Source: Lytechinus pictus
Taxonomy: Eukaryota
Direction of reading: 5' to 3'
DNA: 64,000 nt
Assembly (NCBI RefSeq): GCF_037042905.1
Contig: NC_087245.1
Span: 28,770,001 to 28,834,000, forward strand
Part shown: positions 14,662 to 25,690 of the stretch, in pieces
Numbering within the stretch: position 1 is the first letter of the stretch
Layout of the letters: each line of letters starts with the position of its first letter
The notes under the pieces: generated by a model
What the model was told of the DNA's origin: nothing
Databases searched by the model: none
What the model saw: the letters and a program-made list of their open reading frames with translations, nothing else
Made by a program: the position numbers and the translations under genes

Positions 14662-15451
14662 TGTATATGACATTTAATATATCATGCAAGCATAGTTTAA
14701 GTTTACTTTGTAAATTCATGGAGCTATGCTCCATGGTAAATTGACGCCTTCAGCCTGTGCTAAAATTGTTATGCGTATGAAAGTACGAATAACAAAATGA
14801 ATAAATAATTGTCGCATTATTTTACGGCCGAGCAGATGTCGGCGGAGCAATTGTCGCGGACCAATTGTCGTATAATCGGAGCAATTTTCGGCGGAGCAAA
14901 TATCGGCGGAGCAATTGTCGTATAATCGGAGCAGATGTCGGCGGAGCAATTGTCGGCGGAGCAATTTACGGCGGAGCAGATGTCGGCGGAGCAGATGTCG
15001 GCGGAGCAAATATCGGCGGAGCAAATATCGGCGGAGCAAGTGTCGACGGAGCACATATCGGCGGAGCAAGTGTCGACGGAGCAACTGTCGGCGGAGCAAC
15101 TGTCCGGAGCAATTGTCGGCGGAGCAGTTGTCGTATTTTGCGTAGCAATTTTCGGCGGAGCAAATGTCGGCGGAGCAATTGTCATGGAACCCTGCTAAAG
15201 CCAGAATATGCTGCATTTATTGTAGAGCGCTTAGAGACTTTTGATAAAGTAAGTGTTAAGAGTAAGCATGCATTATTATGATTTTATTATTATTATCATT
15301 ATCATTATTATTATTGTCATTATTACTATCATTATTTAACACATGGTTTTCGGAGGGGACGGAGTATTAAATCTTTGGTTGATGAATATTGTTGGGTGGA
15401 GTATGGAAGGATATGATTTTTTTTGGGGGAGGGGTGTTATGGTTCTTGTAC

Positions 15452-15594
15452 CTTGCAAGTGTCGACCTCCCAGTCAGGGGAGATGGCGCAGATCATGTCC
15501 GACGTCACATGATGTCGGGTTCCATAGTCATCGGAACAATTTTGCCGTGGTACCAGGGGCGTTCGGCCCTCCTGTAAGACCATCGATGCCATGA
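15452..15594 (-). CDS. Serine protease exon 5 (S1-pocket Asp, trypsin-like)
   Basis: Acceptor ttctccacAG (phase 1); LQEGRTPLVPRQNC...MICAISPDWEVDTCK; donor AAG|GTACAA (phase 0). Confidence 0.92.
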
Positions 15595-15869
15595 CTGTGG
15601 AGAAAATATTTTTTTCATTTATCAGTGAATTGAAAGTCGACAACGGTTCTAATCTTTATTACAATATGCCAATGTTTTAGAATAAGCCTTAACCACGTTA
15701 ACTGTATACTGTGAAAACTAAATGATGCAAAAAATGTAGTTAAAAATTGATTTTCTTCAGGTTCTACAAGCTGGACTTATCATACTTGTAGAACCAATCT
15801 AGGACCACGTCGACTAACTACCCAGCTATTACCCCTACTTACAGACAATCAAGAATCATTAGCACTCAC

Positions 15870-16147
15870 GTGACACAGACGTGGCTCCCCATCCAGTGAC
15901 GTAACACTTCTCGTAATCGTCGAGTTCGTTTCTGCCTTCGTTTAAACAGGCCGGCGATACCCCACTGCTCTGATACACCGGTGGGTCGAATCGAATGAGG
16001 GCGATGTCATCGGCGAAAGTGGACGAGTCGAAATCGGGATGTATGAATGTCTCTAAGCTTTCCCTTGTCACATGATATTCTGAGGGTTCCGAGAGGGACG
16101 TGTCTCCCATTGTGACGTAACCTATAGGGCGGCTGGTAATCGTGGAA
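15870..16147 (-). CDS. Serine protease exon 4: catalytic Asp
   Basis: Acceptor ccccaacAG (phase 2); ...HPDFDSSTFADDIALIRF...PACL...CYVTGWG; donor C|GTGAGT (phase 1). Confidence 0.93.
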
Positions 16148-16364
16148 CTGTTGGGGGTGGGGTAAGGTAGCAAAATATTTAAGATGGAAAAAAAAGAAAA
16201 AAAAACTTGAACCTTTGATAATATGTTATTTTTTAAGTATCTTATTTCTCATTTCTTTTTTACATTCATGATTATTAAAATATATTAAAATGCTCAGAAC
16301 AAGAGATGATTATAATACGTGAAAAGTTCTAGCCATATCAATACTCATTAAAGGAGACGGTGAC

Positions 16365-16885
16365 GAGATCTTACGGTAGATCTCGCCATGTCTACATCCT
16401 GTAGAAGAGATGACCATTGGAATCTCTCGCAACTAATTTTCCTATACCATGTTTGCGCATGACAAATGTACAAGCATCTTGTCATCTGGGGAGCGGTTTC
16501 ATCAATATTTGTGTCCGAGAAGTTGTCGGGTCTGACATCTTCCCTTGATTTTTGATTGACTGAGAAGCACAGTTCCTATGGATAAATGTCCGACAAGTCC
16601 TTCTCGAATTAAATAAGTCAACATACAAGATGAGATCAGAGATCTCATCAACTGATCATCTCTTCTAAAGGATGTAGACATGACGAAATGCGGGATCTCA
16701 CCATCTGATCATCACTTCTAATAAAGGATATCTAATTGATGAGAACCGGATCTCATCGTCTGATCGTCTCCTCTAAAGGATGTATACGTGACAAGATCGA
16801 GGATTTTATCATTCTAATCATCTCTTATATAAAGGATGTAGACATGACGAGATCCGAGATCTCATCATTCTGATCATCTCTTTTT
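16365..16885. repeat. Degenerate 55-60-bp tandem repeat with one inverted copy (protease intron)
   Basis: About 4-5 copies of GAGATCTCATCATCTGATCATCTCTTCTAAAGGATGTAGACATGAC at 16630-16885, and an inverted copy at about 16378-16415. Confidence 0.7.
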
Positions 16886-16909
16886 GAATCCCTTCTTGAA
16901 TGCACTTAC

Positions 16910-17126
16910 ACGCAGTGTCCAGCAGTGAGTAGCCATTGGTCACTGATCAATGTGGCGCCACAGATGTGGTCATCATTCTCGTCTCTCAATGATACCATCC
17001 ACGGCCATGCCTCGATGGTGGTAGGGCGCCCTCCCGATACCCGCTTGTCAATGCCATCGTGCGGAACTTCTCCCCGACGTCCACAAACGGACGAGGAGGC
17101 GTTGGTTTCAGTACTGGAGGTGGTGC
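16910..17126 (-). CDS. Serine protease exon 3: pro-region Cys, activation site and catalytic His
   Basis: Acceptor ttccatacAG; translation ...SVCGRRGEVPHDGIDKR-VSGGRPTTIEAWPWMVSLRDENDDHICGATLISDQWLLTAGHCV; donor GT|GTAAGT, phase 2. This frame is not in the ORF track and was translated by hand. Confidence 0.93.
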
Positions 17127-19530
17127 CTGTATGGAAGAAAATGAAGTTTGAAAGGAAAACGTTGGACGTGTTGGTAAGACAAAGAATAATTTCGAGGAAT
17201 CCCAGAGAGTCTCAAGACGTCTCTCCTTAATTGATAGGAATTGCATCTCTGGCCGCCAGAAAGTCGGTACCAAAGTATAGCTCAGAGAAGATTGACAGAC
17301 AGATGCCATCTTGAGTGTTGGATAATGTCCATGATTAGAGCATCCATTTTACGAACCCCGCCCCCCAAAAAAAAATAAAGGAAAAAAAGAAAGAAATGAG
17401 AACGAACAACAACTGTATTTATGAAATAGATAAACCATATTTAAAGCGGGAGACGTTACTTCATAACGACGTAATTTGCATTAGTTACACTATTGTCTCT
17501 TGATTTGGGGTTTCATTTAAACACGTAAATACATTGGTACCAATATTAAAAATGCATAGCATTTTTCCGTTTAATGTATGATACAAAAATGGCCTTGTAG
17601 ATGAAATGTCTTGCTCAAGGGCATGAATGCCTTGCTGGAAATCGACCCCCGGCTTTCCTTTGTGTTGAACATCCTAGATCAATCGATGCACTGCACCTCC
17701 TATGGGAGTGGGACTATATGCAATGGGTTTGGATACTTTCGTCAGCTGAGTCCATATTTGGTTTCTACTTTGCGGCGATCAGACAAACGGAGGATATCAA
17801 TCTTCTTCCGTTGCCATGGTAAAGACTCAAGTGTGATCTTGATTTATCTTGATTTATGCCGTACCTTGTTCTTCAAAACGTGACCTTGACATGATCGGTT
17901 AGACAGCGAGTTCTCAACATAGCCATACAAATATAACGTGGATCAGTATAGACCAACATGTTTCTGTTTCTGATTTGATAAAGCCTTTTGCTGAAGTGAC
18001 TCCCGTTGAAACTCGGCACGGCAGCTCTCCGTCGCATTAACGCCAAGCTGGTTAGCTTAATATATTCATGGTTCTGTACTTCTGTTAGTAACTCCAAGGT
18101 ACAAACAATTACACATTTTACTTATAAATTAACAGAAAGTTTTCGCGACATATAGAGCGGATTCAAGAACGCAGTAAACGTATTGGAAATTCCCGTCAAA
18201 TGCGAATGAACAGCTGGGAGGTCTTTGCCGAAAATTGGTGAACCGCGCAGTTTCGTCCTAAGCTTCGATCGAAGCCGACGAAAATTGCAAATATGCCGTT
18301 TGTCCGGAGTCCCTGGAGAAACTGCTATATTGATTCACAAAGAATTCTTGGTTGATCTTCGTCATGAATGACATTTGACAATACATTTCTATGTTCTTGA
18401 ATCTGTTCTGCGTCGCCGTGTGAAAACTCTCTAAGCAGTCATGTAGCTGACCTTAACATAGACGACAAATATTACTCTAGGGCCTTCAAAACATCCGAAG
18501 GTGGAAGTTCATTTTATCTATTTATCGCCCATTCTGTCTGTCGGAAATGATTAGCTTTCGTGTCTAGTCCTACTCACTAGTGATACATTCAATGTTAATG
18601 TAACGTCAAAATCTTTCTTCATTATTTATCTGGCCCTATCAACTAAAAACTAAAAAACAACATTAAAGTGAGATGACAAGACAATTTTGAATGGCGCATA
18701 TATTCTTTTTGGAATGAGAGCGCCGTTAAAAACCAACAACAATGTAGCTTCGGTAAAATTGCACATGGCAGAAAAAGAGGACATTAAGTATATATACGAT
18801 GAGTAATTCTATGAGTAAATGTAAATGTTAATCAGAAAATAATAGTCGTTGGTGAGCAGTTGATGGGTAAACAATACCACTTCAAACTATGTAATGCTTC
18901 TAAAAATTTAGGAGTGCCGATTATATTTTAATTCTGGCAAATCAATCTATAGGGCTACTTTTTATTCTACAACTGTTCAGTTCAACATATTAAGTCATTT
19001 TTCGTAAAAGAAAATACAGGATTTACCAGAATACATTTTGTATTTAATATTATCATTATATAGATCAGTGGCGTAGTGAGCCCAACATTTAAAGGGTGTT
19101 AAATATGGCGTATCGCGTAATATTCATAAAAAGTTTGATATTTTTATTACAAAAATACAAAAGTTTATGATAGATTTTGACATAATATTCGGAAAATAAT
19201 ATCATATTTCACCCTTATCCCTTTCCTCTTTGGGTCGTGAAAATGTGTACGCGCATGATATATTTCTTTTTCAAAAAGTGGTACAGTAAATACCGTTCCA
19301 GACGAAGTGGCTTCGACGGGCCTGGGAAAATAAGGTATGGGCCTGAATACTTGCAATGCAGAAAAAAAATAGATAAAATGAATGAAGGGATGGTGACAAA
19401 TTAGTCTGCAAGCACAGACTGATATTTGACAATTCAACCAATAACAGGTATAGAATGCAGACTAGACTCAACATGCTCAAAAGACACCACTGTAGAGCCA
19501 GGCACTGTACATAGTAAATCTAGTCTCACT

Positions 19531-20093
19531 CCCGGGGGGGGGGGGGGGCACTCAGTATATAATGCATAGTGGGTATGTGCCGCGGAGGGGACTCCCATTT
19601 TTACACTCAAATTTCCGTTCCAAGGCATAGCATTTTTGTCTCATTGATAAAAAGAACAAAGAAAGCCGCTCCAAAGCATAGCATTTTCTTCTTATCGAGA
19701 AAAAAGAAGAAAGAAATCCGCTCCAAAGCTTCGCATATTTTTCGTTGCGCCGTTCCGATCGCATTGATCTGCTACAATGAGCTGCAATTTTGGTGAAAAG
19801 CGGCCGCAGAGCGCTGTCCGACCATCGCCTCTGCGCGAGCGCACCCGGAGGAGGCCGCGCTATACATGTATATAGCTGCATCATGCACGCATGCCCGTTC
19901 CATAGGGATGCATATACGCACTCACACGCTGGCGATCCGTTCCAAGGACCCCCGTTTTACAAACATTTGTAGTTCCGAAGGCCCGTTCCGAGGACCCTCC
20001 TTTTTACAATAAGCCCGCTCCAAGGCCCCCGTTTTTTGTCTCGCCCGCGGCACACCCCTATCACTTTTTTGGTCGAGAGCCCCCCCCCCCGGG
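19531..20093. mobile_element. Non-autonomous TIR element with CCCGGG termini
   Basis: CCCGGGGG...GCACTC / GAGAGCCCC...CCGGG ends; 8-bp TSD GTCTCACT at 19523-19530 and 20094-20101. Confidence 0.85.
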
Positions 20094-20169
20094 GTCTCAC
20101 TAATCCAGACTGCATTCTCTTAGCACTCCCTCTGAATAGAGTATGATGACTGCTTGCATGATTAGTGAC

Positions 20170-21650
20170 TCTTGGATGGCTGTAAAGACCAATCCTACAT
20201 TTACATTTTCTCGGACAGGTGCGGCAGATGAAAATTAGCTGTCAAGTCATTCTGTTGACGTAGTTTTCTAGCTGCCCGCATATCATTACGACGTTTCTTT
20301 CGTTGAGTTTAAAATCTTTTTACACTGTGACGTACAGCTGATCTCCATTTCTTTCTATCCTTGGTACAGTCTTCCCATGATTCAGGGTTTATCTGGCGCT
20401 GCTTCAGGCTCACTTTGAGATTGTCCTTAAAGCATTTTCTTTGACCTCCTGTTTGACCTCCTTCAGAGCGTTTACCATTTTGAAGCTCTGCATACATAAT
20501 CTGCTTGGACAGTCTGCTATTTTCCATACGGAGTACATGGCTGGCCCAGCGAAGTCTACTTTGGATAATGAGGGCTTCAATACTATTACACTCACTTTTT
20601 CCAGTATACTGTTATTGATTCGTTTGTCAGTCCATCTGATGTTCAGTATCCGACGAAGACATCTCTGATGGTAGTTTTCAAGACTTTTCAGGCTGTAGGT
20701 TACCCAGGTTTCCGATCCATACAATAGGTAGGCAAGATCACAGCTTTGTAAACCTTCACTTTTGTTCATGTGAACAGGTTCATATTGTCAAAGACTCTAG
20801 TCCTTACACGCTAAAATGCTGAACTGGATGCACTCAACCGCTGATGTATTTCATCATCAATACCTACTTTTGATGAGAGCCATCTCCCAAGGTATGTGAA
20901 TCTCTCAGCATTGGTCAGTGGCTGTCCATCAAATGTGATGCAAGGTGGACATTGTTGCTCATGTGCGATTCCAGGCTTTTGTTGTTACAAGATCTGTGTT
21001 TTCTTGGTGTTCAGTTTGAGTCCAAACGCATAGTAGGCATAACTAAAGGCATCCAGTGCTGCTTGAAGGTCTTCCTCTGAAGAAGCAACTATAGCATTAT
21101 CATCTGCATATTGGAGTTCATTAACTGTTACATTTGTTGTCTGAGACATACATTTCAGTCGGCGTAGGTTGAAAAGTTGATATCTCACGTTTATCCCTGT
21201 TGGTTGTTGTTAAGCAAGCTGCAACACTGCATAGACAAAGAGTGAGACGAGGCTTGCAGCAATGACACATTTCTGCTTTACCCCTGTCTGTACTGCAAAA
21301 CTTGCTAATGCTTCACCAGCAACTAACACGGAGGCATTCATGTCGTCGTAGAGTAATCTATAACGACCTTGACAAATTTATCAGGACATCCAACATGGAG
21401 AAGTATCTTCCATAGTGTCCGACGATCTACCGAATCAAAGGTCTTGGTGAGATCTATGAAGGCCATATAGAGAACTTGATGTTCTCTATACTTCTCTTGT
21501 ATCTGTCGGATTGAGAATACCATATCTATGGTTCCTTGTCCAGGTCTAAAACCACACAGTGATTCAGGTATAACTTCCTCGGCAACCGTTGGTAGGCGCC
21601 GTGACAAAATAATGTCAGGTCAAGCGCTTGCTTGCTACTGGTACCATGTA
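20170..21650 (-). mobile_element. Decayed RTE-clade LINE (RT domain and C-terminus)
   Basis: Fragments ESLCGFRPGQGTIDMVFSIRQIQEK, FIDLTKTFDSVDR, LQYADD, YGSETW and RLSKQIMYAEL...GGQRKCFKD in shifting frames with stops. Confidence 0.93.
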
Positions 21651-22276
21651 ATCTAGTAAAATCTGTTTCATGATCGAGTCGTCGCGACTAAACCGTCAAC
21701 CCCACATATACCCAGGTGAGGAGGGTGCGTGAACACCCTGCAGGATTAAAAACAAGACATGTCAAAGGGCGGAGGAGTCGTCATACGGGACCAACGGTCA
21801 TTCATTGCATTTGTACTAAATCTTCCGATTGTCTAGATTTCCTTGCCATTGGATTCAGATGTGGCACAGCCAAGTTTCTCTTGCAAAAACCAAGGGTCTG
21901 TGCCGAGAGACTAATCTGAGATTTTGATGGGCTAGGAACCTGTACTGTTATTGTTAAGAGTATTATAGGCTTTCCATACGGTTAATTGCCTGCCAGTTCG
22001 TCTAGTGCCAACTCGTCCACTCACCACATGGTCTACTTTCATTTAGTCTGATGCCATTCCGTCCATCAACATTTCATCTAACAAAATTTGGTCCATTAAT
22101 AACCATTTGGTCCAGTTATCACTTCGTCTAATCACCATTTCGTCTCATAACCAGTTGGTCTAATATCCATTTTATTTTCATTCATTTTGCACAATACACT
22201 TTAGTCCAATTAGATCAAATGGTATATGGACTAAATGGCTACTGGACCAAATGGTTATAAGACGGAATGGCATTAG

Positions 22277-24005
22277 CACTGGCGTAAATCCGTGCTGATG
22301 GGTGGGGGGATGACTGAAATATTTTGGCTTTTTTTTTTGCAATCATGTTTTTAGATATGCAAGGAATTGTCATTGATAATTATGTCCACAGTGGCGTACC
22401 GTGGGTCACGGCATTGGGGAGGGGGGCACCAGCAAAATGTTTGAATCACTGAGTGAGCGCGCTCAGTTGCCAGTTATACTGACCCAATAGAGACATTTTT
22501 TGGACAATGTAATTAAACGGATATGCATCTCACTGATCAAATAATGCGAGCGCGAAGCGCGAGCTGAATTTTTTTTATATTCACACCTAAAAAGAGACAT
22601 TATAATAAAAAAGAGACATTATAATCAAATTTGTGTAATCATGATAGGTACCTGGCTCGCTAAACAATACGAGCGCGAAGCGCGAGCTGAAGTTTTCGTA
22701 TATTTTGACCCCAAAAAGCGAGATTTTGAGGAATATATTTTAGGAATCCATTAAGAGTATGCATATCTCACCATAGTCATCTAATGCGAGTGCCAAGCGC
22801 TTGCTGGTTTATAAGAATTACATTTGAACACATGAAACACTTTTTGTAGTCATTGCAATCATGATTATCATGCGCATCTCACTAATCAAATAATGCGAGC
22901 GCGAAGCGCGAGCTGAAAATTTAGATAATTTAGACCTGAAGTGGGGCATTCTAAGGTTTCTTTGTAGGAATTAACTAGGACCATACGTATTTCAATATCC
23001 AAATGATGCGAGCGCGAATCGCAAGCTGAAAATTTTTCATATTCAGATCAGAAGGGACATTTTAAGGACTGATTTTAGGAATTCATGAAGAGCAGACATA
23101 TCTCACCAATCCACTAATGCGAACGTAATCACGGACAAGAAATGTTTCATATATACGAAGACCTTAACATGGGCAATCACTTTTTTAGTCATGAAAAAGA
23201 AGCATATGTCACTACATAAAACAATGATAACTCAAGTGCTAGGAAATATATTTGGTTTATATTGACTTGAAAACGGGATGTTTCAGTACAACAGGATTAT
23301 ATATCTCATTAACAGACAATGCAAGCACCAGGAACAATGAAGACGTAGGCCCTGGGCAAATTATGTTTCATGAAGTTATGATAAAAATGTTTCTTATGTA
23401 ATGTAACATAACATAATTATAATATAACATTATAATGAATAATATTTTCTTCTTTCCCACTATACGCTTCTCTTCCTTTCTCCCTCTTTTCTCCTTTTCC
23501 CCGTTTTTTTTTTGGTCAGCCGATGCCCCCCCCCCCCCCGTAGTTACGCCACTGTATGTCCATATGGCAAATACCCCTCCAATATTATTATCTTTTTTAC
23601 CCCATGATGGTTTAATCATAGAGCTATTACCATGGTTTAATGGTTTTATTAGAGATTACATTAAAAAAGAATTGACATTCCATCTTAATCCCTTCCCAAA
23701 GACCCCAACATTGATGAATTGGAAGAAACGGGAGTTTCTCTTCAATGTTATAATAAGGACATAAGTATTTCGTTTGGAAATGGTGAACTGGCTCTATATT
23801 TGCATTTTAGGATTCAATAATATTGTTTTATTTGTTAAGCGGTATTTCAGGAAGAATTTTCACCAATAAAACAATTATCTCTTGTGATTTTTTTTCAATT
23901 TCTTTCGTAAAAAGTGGGGGGGGGGGGATGTTTGTACAGGCCACCCCCCCCTCCTCGAAAAGGGGGGGATATATCCCCCCATCCTCCCCGGGATTTACGC
24001 CAGTG
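22277..24005. mobile_element. hAT-type non-autonomous element (outer)
   Basis: Perfect TIRs CACTGGCGTAAATCC / GGATTTACGCCAGTG; 8-bp TSD GGCATTAG. Confidence 0.9.
22389..23554. mobile_element. hAT-type non-autonomous element (inner) with periodic GCGAGCGCGAAGCGCGAGC motifs
   Basis: CAGTGGCGTA / TACGCCACTG termini; 8-bp TSD TATGTCCA. Confidence 0.9.
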
Positions 24006-24601
24006 GGCATTAGACTAAATGAAAGTAGACCATGTGGTGAGTGGACGAACCGATGGTAGACCAAATGATATTAGACGAGTTGGCAATTGGCATAAGACGA
24101 GTAGGAAAATGAAACTTCCATACTCGCATTTGAAATGTTGAATCAAACCAGGCCTTTTTCTTTGCATTGGCGGCGCCAGGGTATTTTGATGGGGGGGGGG
24201 GGGGCGACTATGTGACGTCGATTTTTTTTTCTCAATTCCAGAATAAGGGTAAACATACACGACCAAGACCTGTCATTTTCACAGTCCTCTATCTTCTCAG
24301 TGCCACTATCTCCCTCTGTTTCTCCCCCCTTTACTATACTTGCGAACCACGGACGCCCTTCTGTCTCTACCTTTGAGAGACCGCCCCCGTGTCTTTCAAA
24401 AGAATGTGTAGATACAATAGGTCATAAATTCACATGATGGAACAATGGCCATGTATTCCAGCGGGGAAAATCTGCATTGTATTCGCGAGGAAATGTGGAA
24501 GAGGAAGCTTAATATTATTGTGAATTTCGATTGTCTTGATCGACACCATTGTGATAACGATCTGCCTTTTCCGTTTAGAAAGACAAGAAACTAGGTCTTA
24601 C

Positions 24602-24643
24602 CTTCCAACCCTGTTGGCTCCTTTGCATATATATGGTGGTCAT
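24602..24643 (-). CDS. Type II transmembrane serine protease, 42-nt micro-exon 2 (stem)
   Basis: Pyrimidine tract with acceptor ttcgccAG and donor G|GTAAGA, phase 1-1. Encodes DDHHIYAKEPTGLE in frame. Confidence 0.65.
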
Positions 24644-25084
24644 CTGGCGAATAGAATAAAGAAAGAAGAGAAATGAAAGAAGAAGAGTATACACAAGAGA
24701 GAAAGAGACATAGTATTACAAGGCACTGTCTTTGCTGTTTATTTTAATGAGGATTGCATTCTTCAAGCTCATTTGCGCATCAAATCGGTCCCTAATCCGG
24801 ACCATTGATACAAGTTCAATGCTCCTTCACTTTCCATTTAAAATAAATTAATTGCATATCATGTTTCCTAAAACTCAAAATAGATTGGACTAATTGATAT
24901 TTTTTAAAATCAAAGAAATAAAACTCCACCGGCAAGTTTCTTTTATGAATGAATTAACCATATTAAGGGACTGTTTTATTCTCCTGAATTTGATGCAAAA
25001 TCACGTATAGTGCTAATCACTTTACATAAAAACACAAAATGTAATGTGCAATGATCAAATATGAAAATGTATAATTAGTATTAC

Positions 25085-25271
25085 CTTTGAAAACTAAGAA
25101 GAGAACAAGAAGAACGACAGTCAATGTTACGAAGGATGAAAATAGCATCCAAGGAATTATTCTTCTGCTGTCATGGCAACAGATGCGGTGTCGATGCGAA
25201 CCAGGGCGGGATTGGCATTCGACATCCATGGTGACTTTGGGGCGTTCCGAAGGGCAATATTGGTCAGACAT
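25085..25271 (-). CDS. Type II transmembrane serine protease, coding exon 1 (cytoplasmic tail and signal-anchor TM helix)
   Basis: ATG at 25271 gives MSDQY...RRIIPWMLFSSFVTLTVVLLVLFLVFK, a hydrophobic stretch preceded by basic residues. Donor AAAG|GTAATA is phase 1. There is an in-frame TAA upstream. Linkage to the protease exons rests on phase compatibility. Confidence 0.7.
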
Positions 25272-25544
25272 TATTGTTTTTATTAACGACTGCTGACGTT
25301 TGTGATTATTCCGTTGGTAATGTGTCCCTTGACATCGGCTTGAACATTAAAACCTAGGAAATATAATGTTAATTGAATTACAGATTCGTCATATATTATT
25401 GAACTTAATAATTGCTTTAAAAGTTGCATTGCATGTGAGAATAAATAATAATCAACAATGAAGAATGGGAAGAAAAGCACGATGAAAAAAATAAGATAAA
25501 AATAAAAAGAGGCTATAAGGGGACGATGAAAAAAGAAAAGAAGA

Positions 25545-25690
25545 AGATAGTACTATAAGAATAAGAATAAGAATAAGAACAGAGGAAGAAGAAGAAGAAA
25601 GAGAATAGAAGAAGAAGAAGACGAAGCAGACGAAAAAGAAGAAGAAAAAGAAGAAGAAGAGGAGAAGGAGGAAGAAGAATAACTAGAGGA
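25545..25690. repeat. Purine-rich microsatellite (TAAGAA)n/(AAG)n
   Basis: Directly visible simple repeats. Confidence 0.85.

Larger units (their letters stand above)
9677..15191. mobile_element. Foldback (TU-like) DNA element with terminal inverted arrays of a 15-bp repeat; non-autonomous
   Basis: Left array of about TGCTCCGCCGACAAT at 9683-10150 and its reverse complement at about 14808-15184. Termini GG...CC. Direct repeat CTGCTAAA(G) at 9669-9676 and 15192-15199. Confidence 0.85.
21975..24115. mobile_element. Palindromic element with degenerate short subrepeats, split by two nested hAT-type insertions
   Basis: CGTCCACTCACCACATGGTCTACTTTCATTTAGTCT at about 22014 is inverted at about 24012-24047. 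Flanking units resemble CCA(A/T)TT(C/G)GTCTA. Confidence 0.75.

Noticed and set aside
19270..19350. Possible extra protease stem exon on the minus strand
   Set aside because: An acceptor-like site exists, but I found no convincing phase-1 donor and no recognisable domain. The model is in frame without it.
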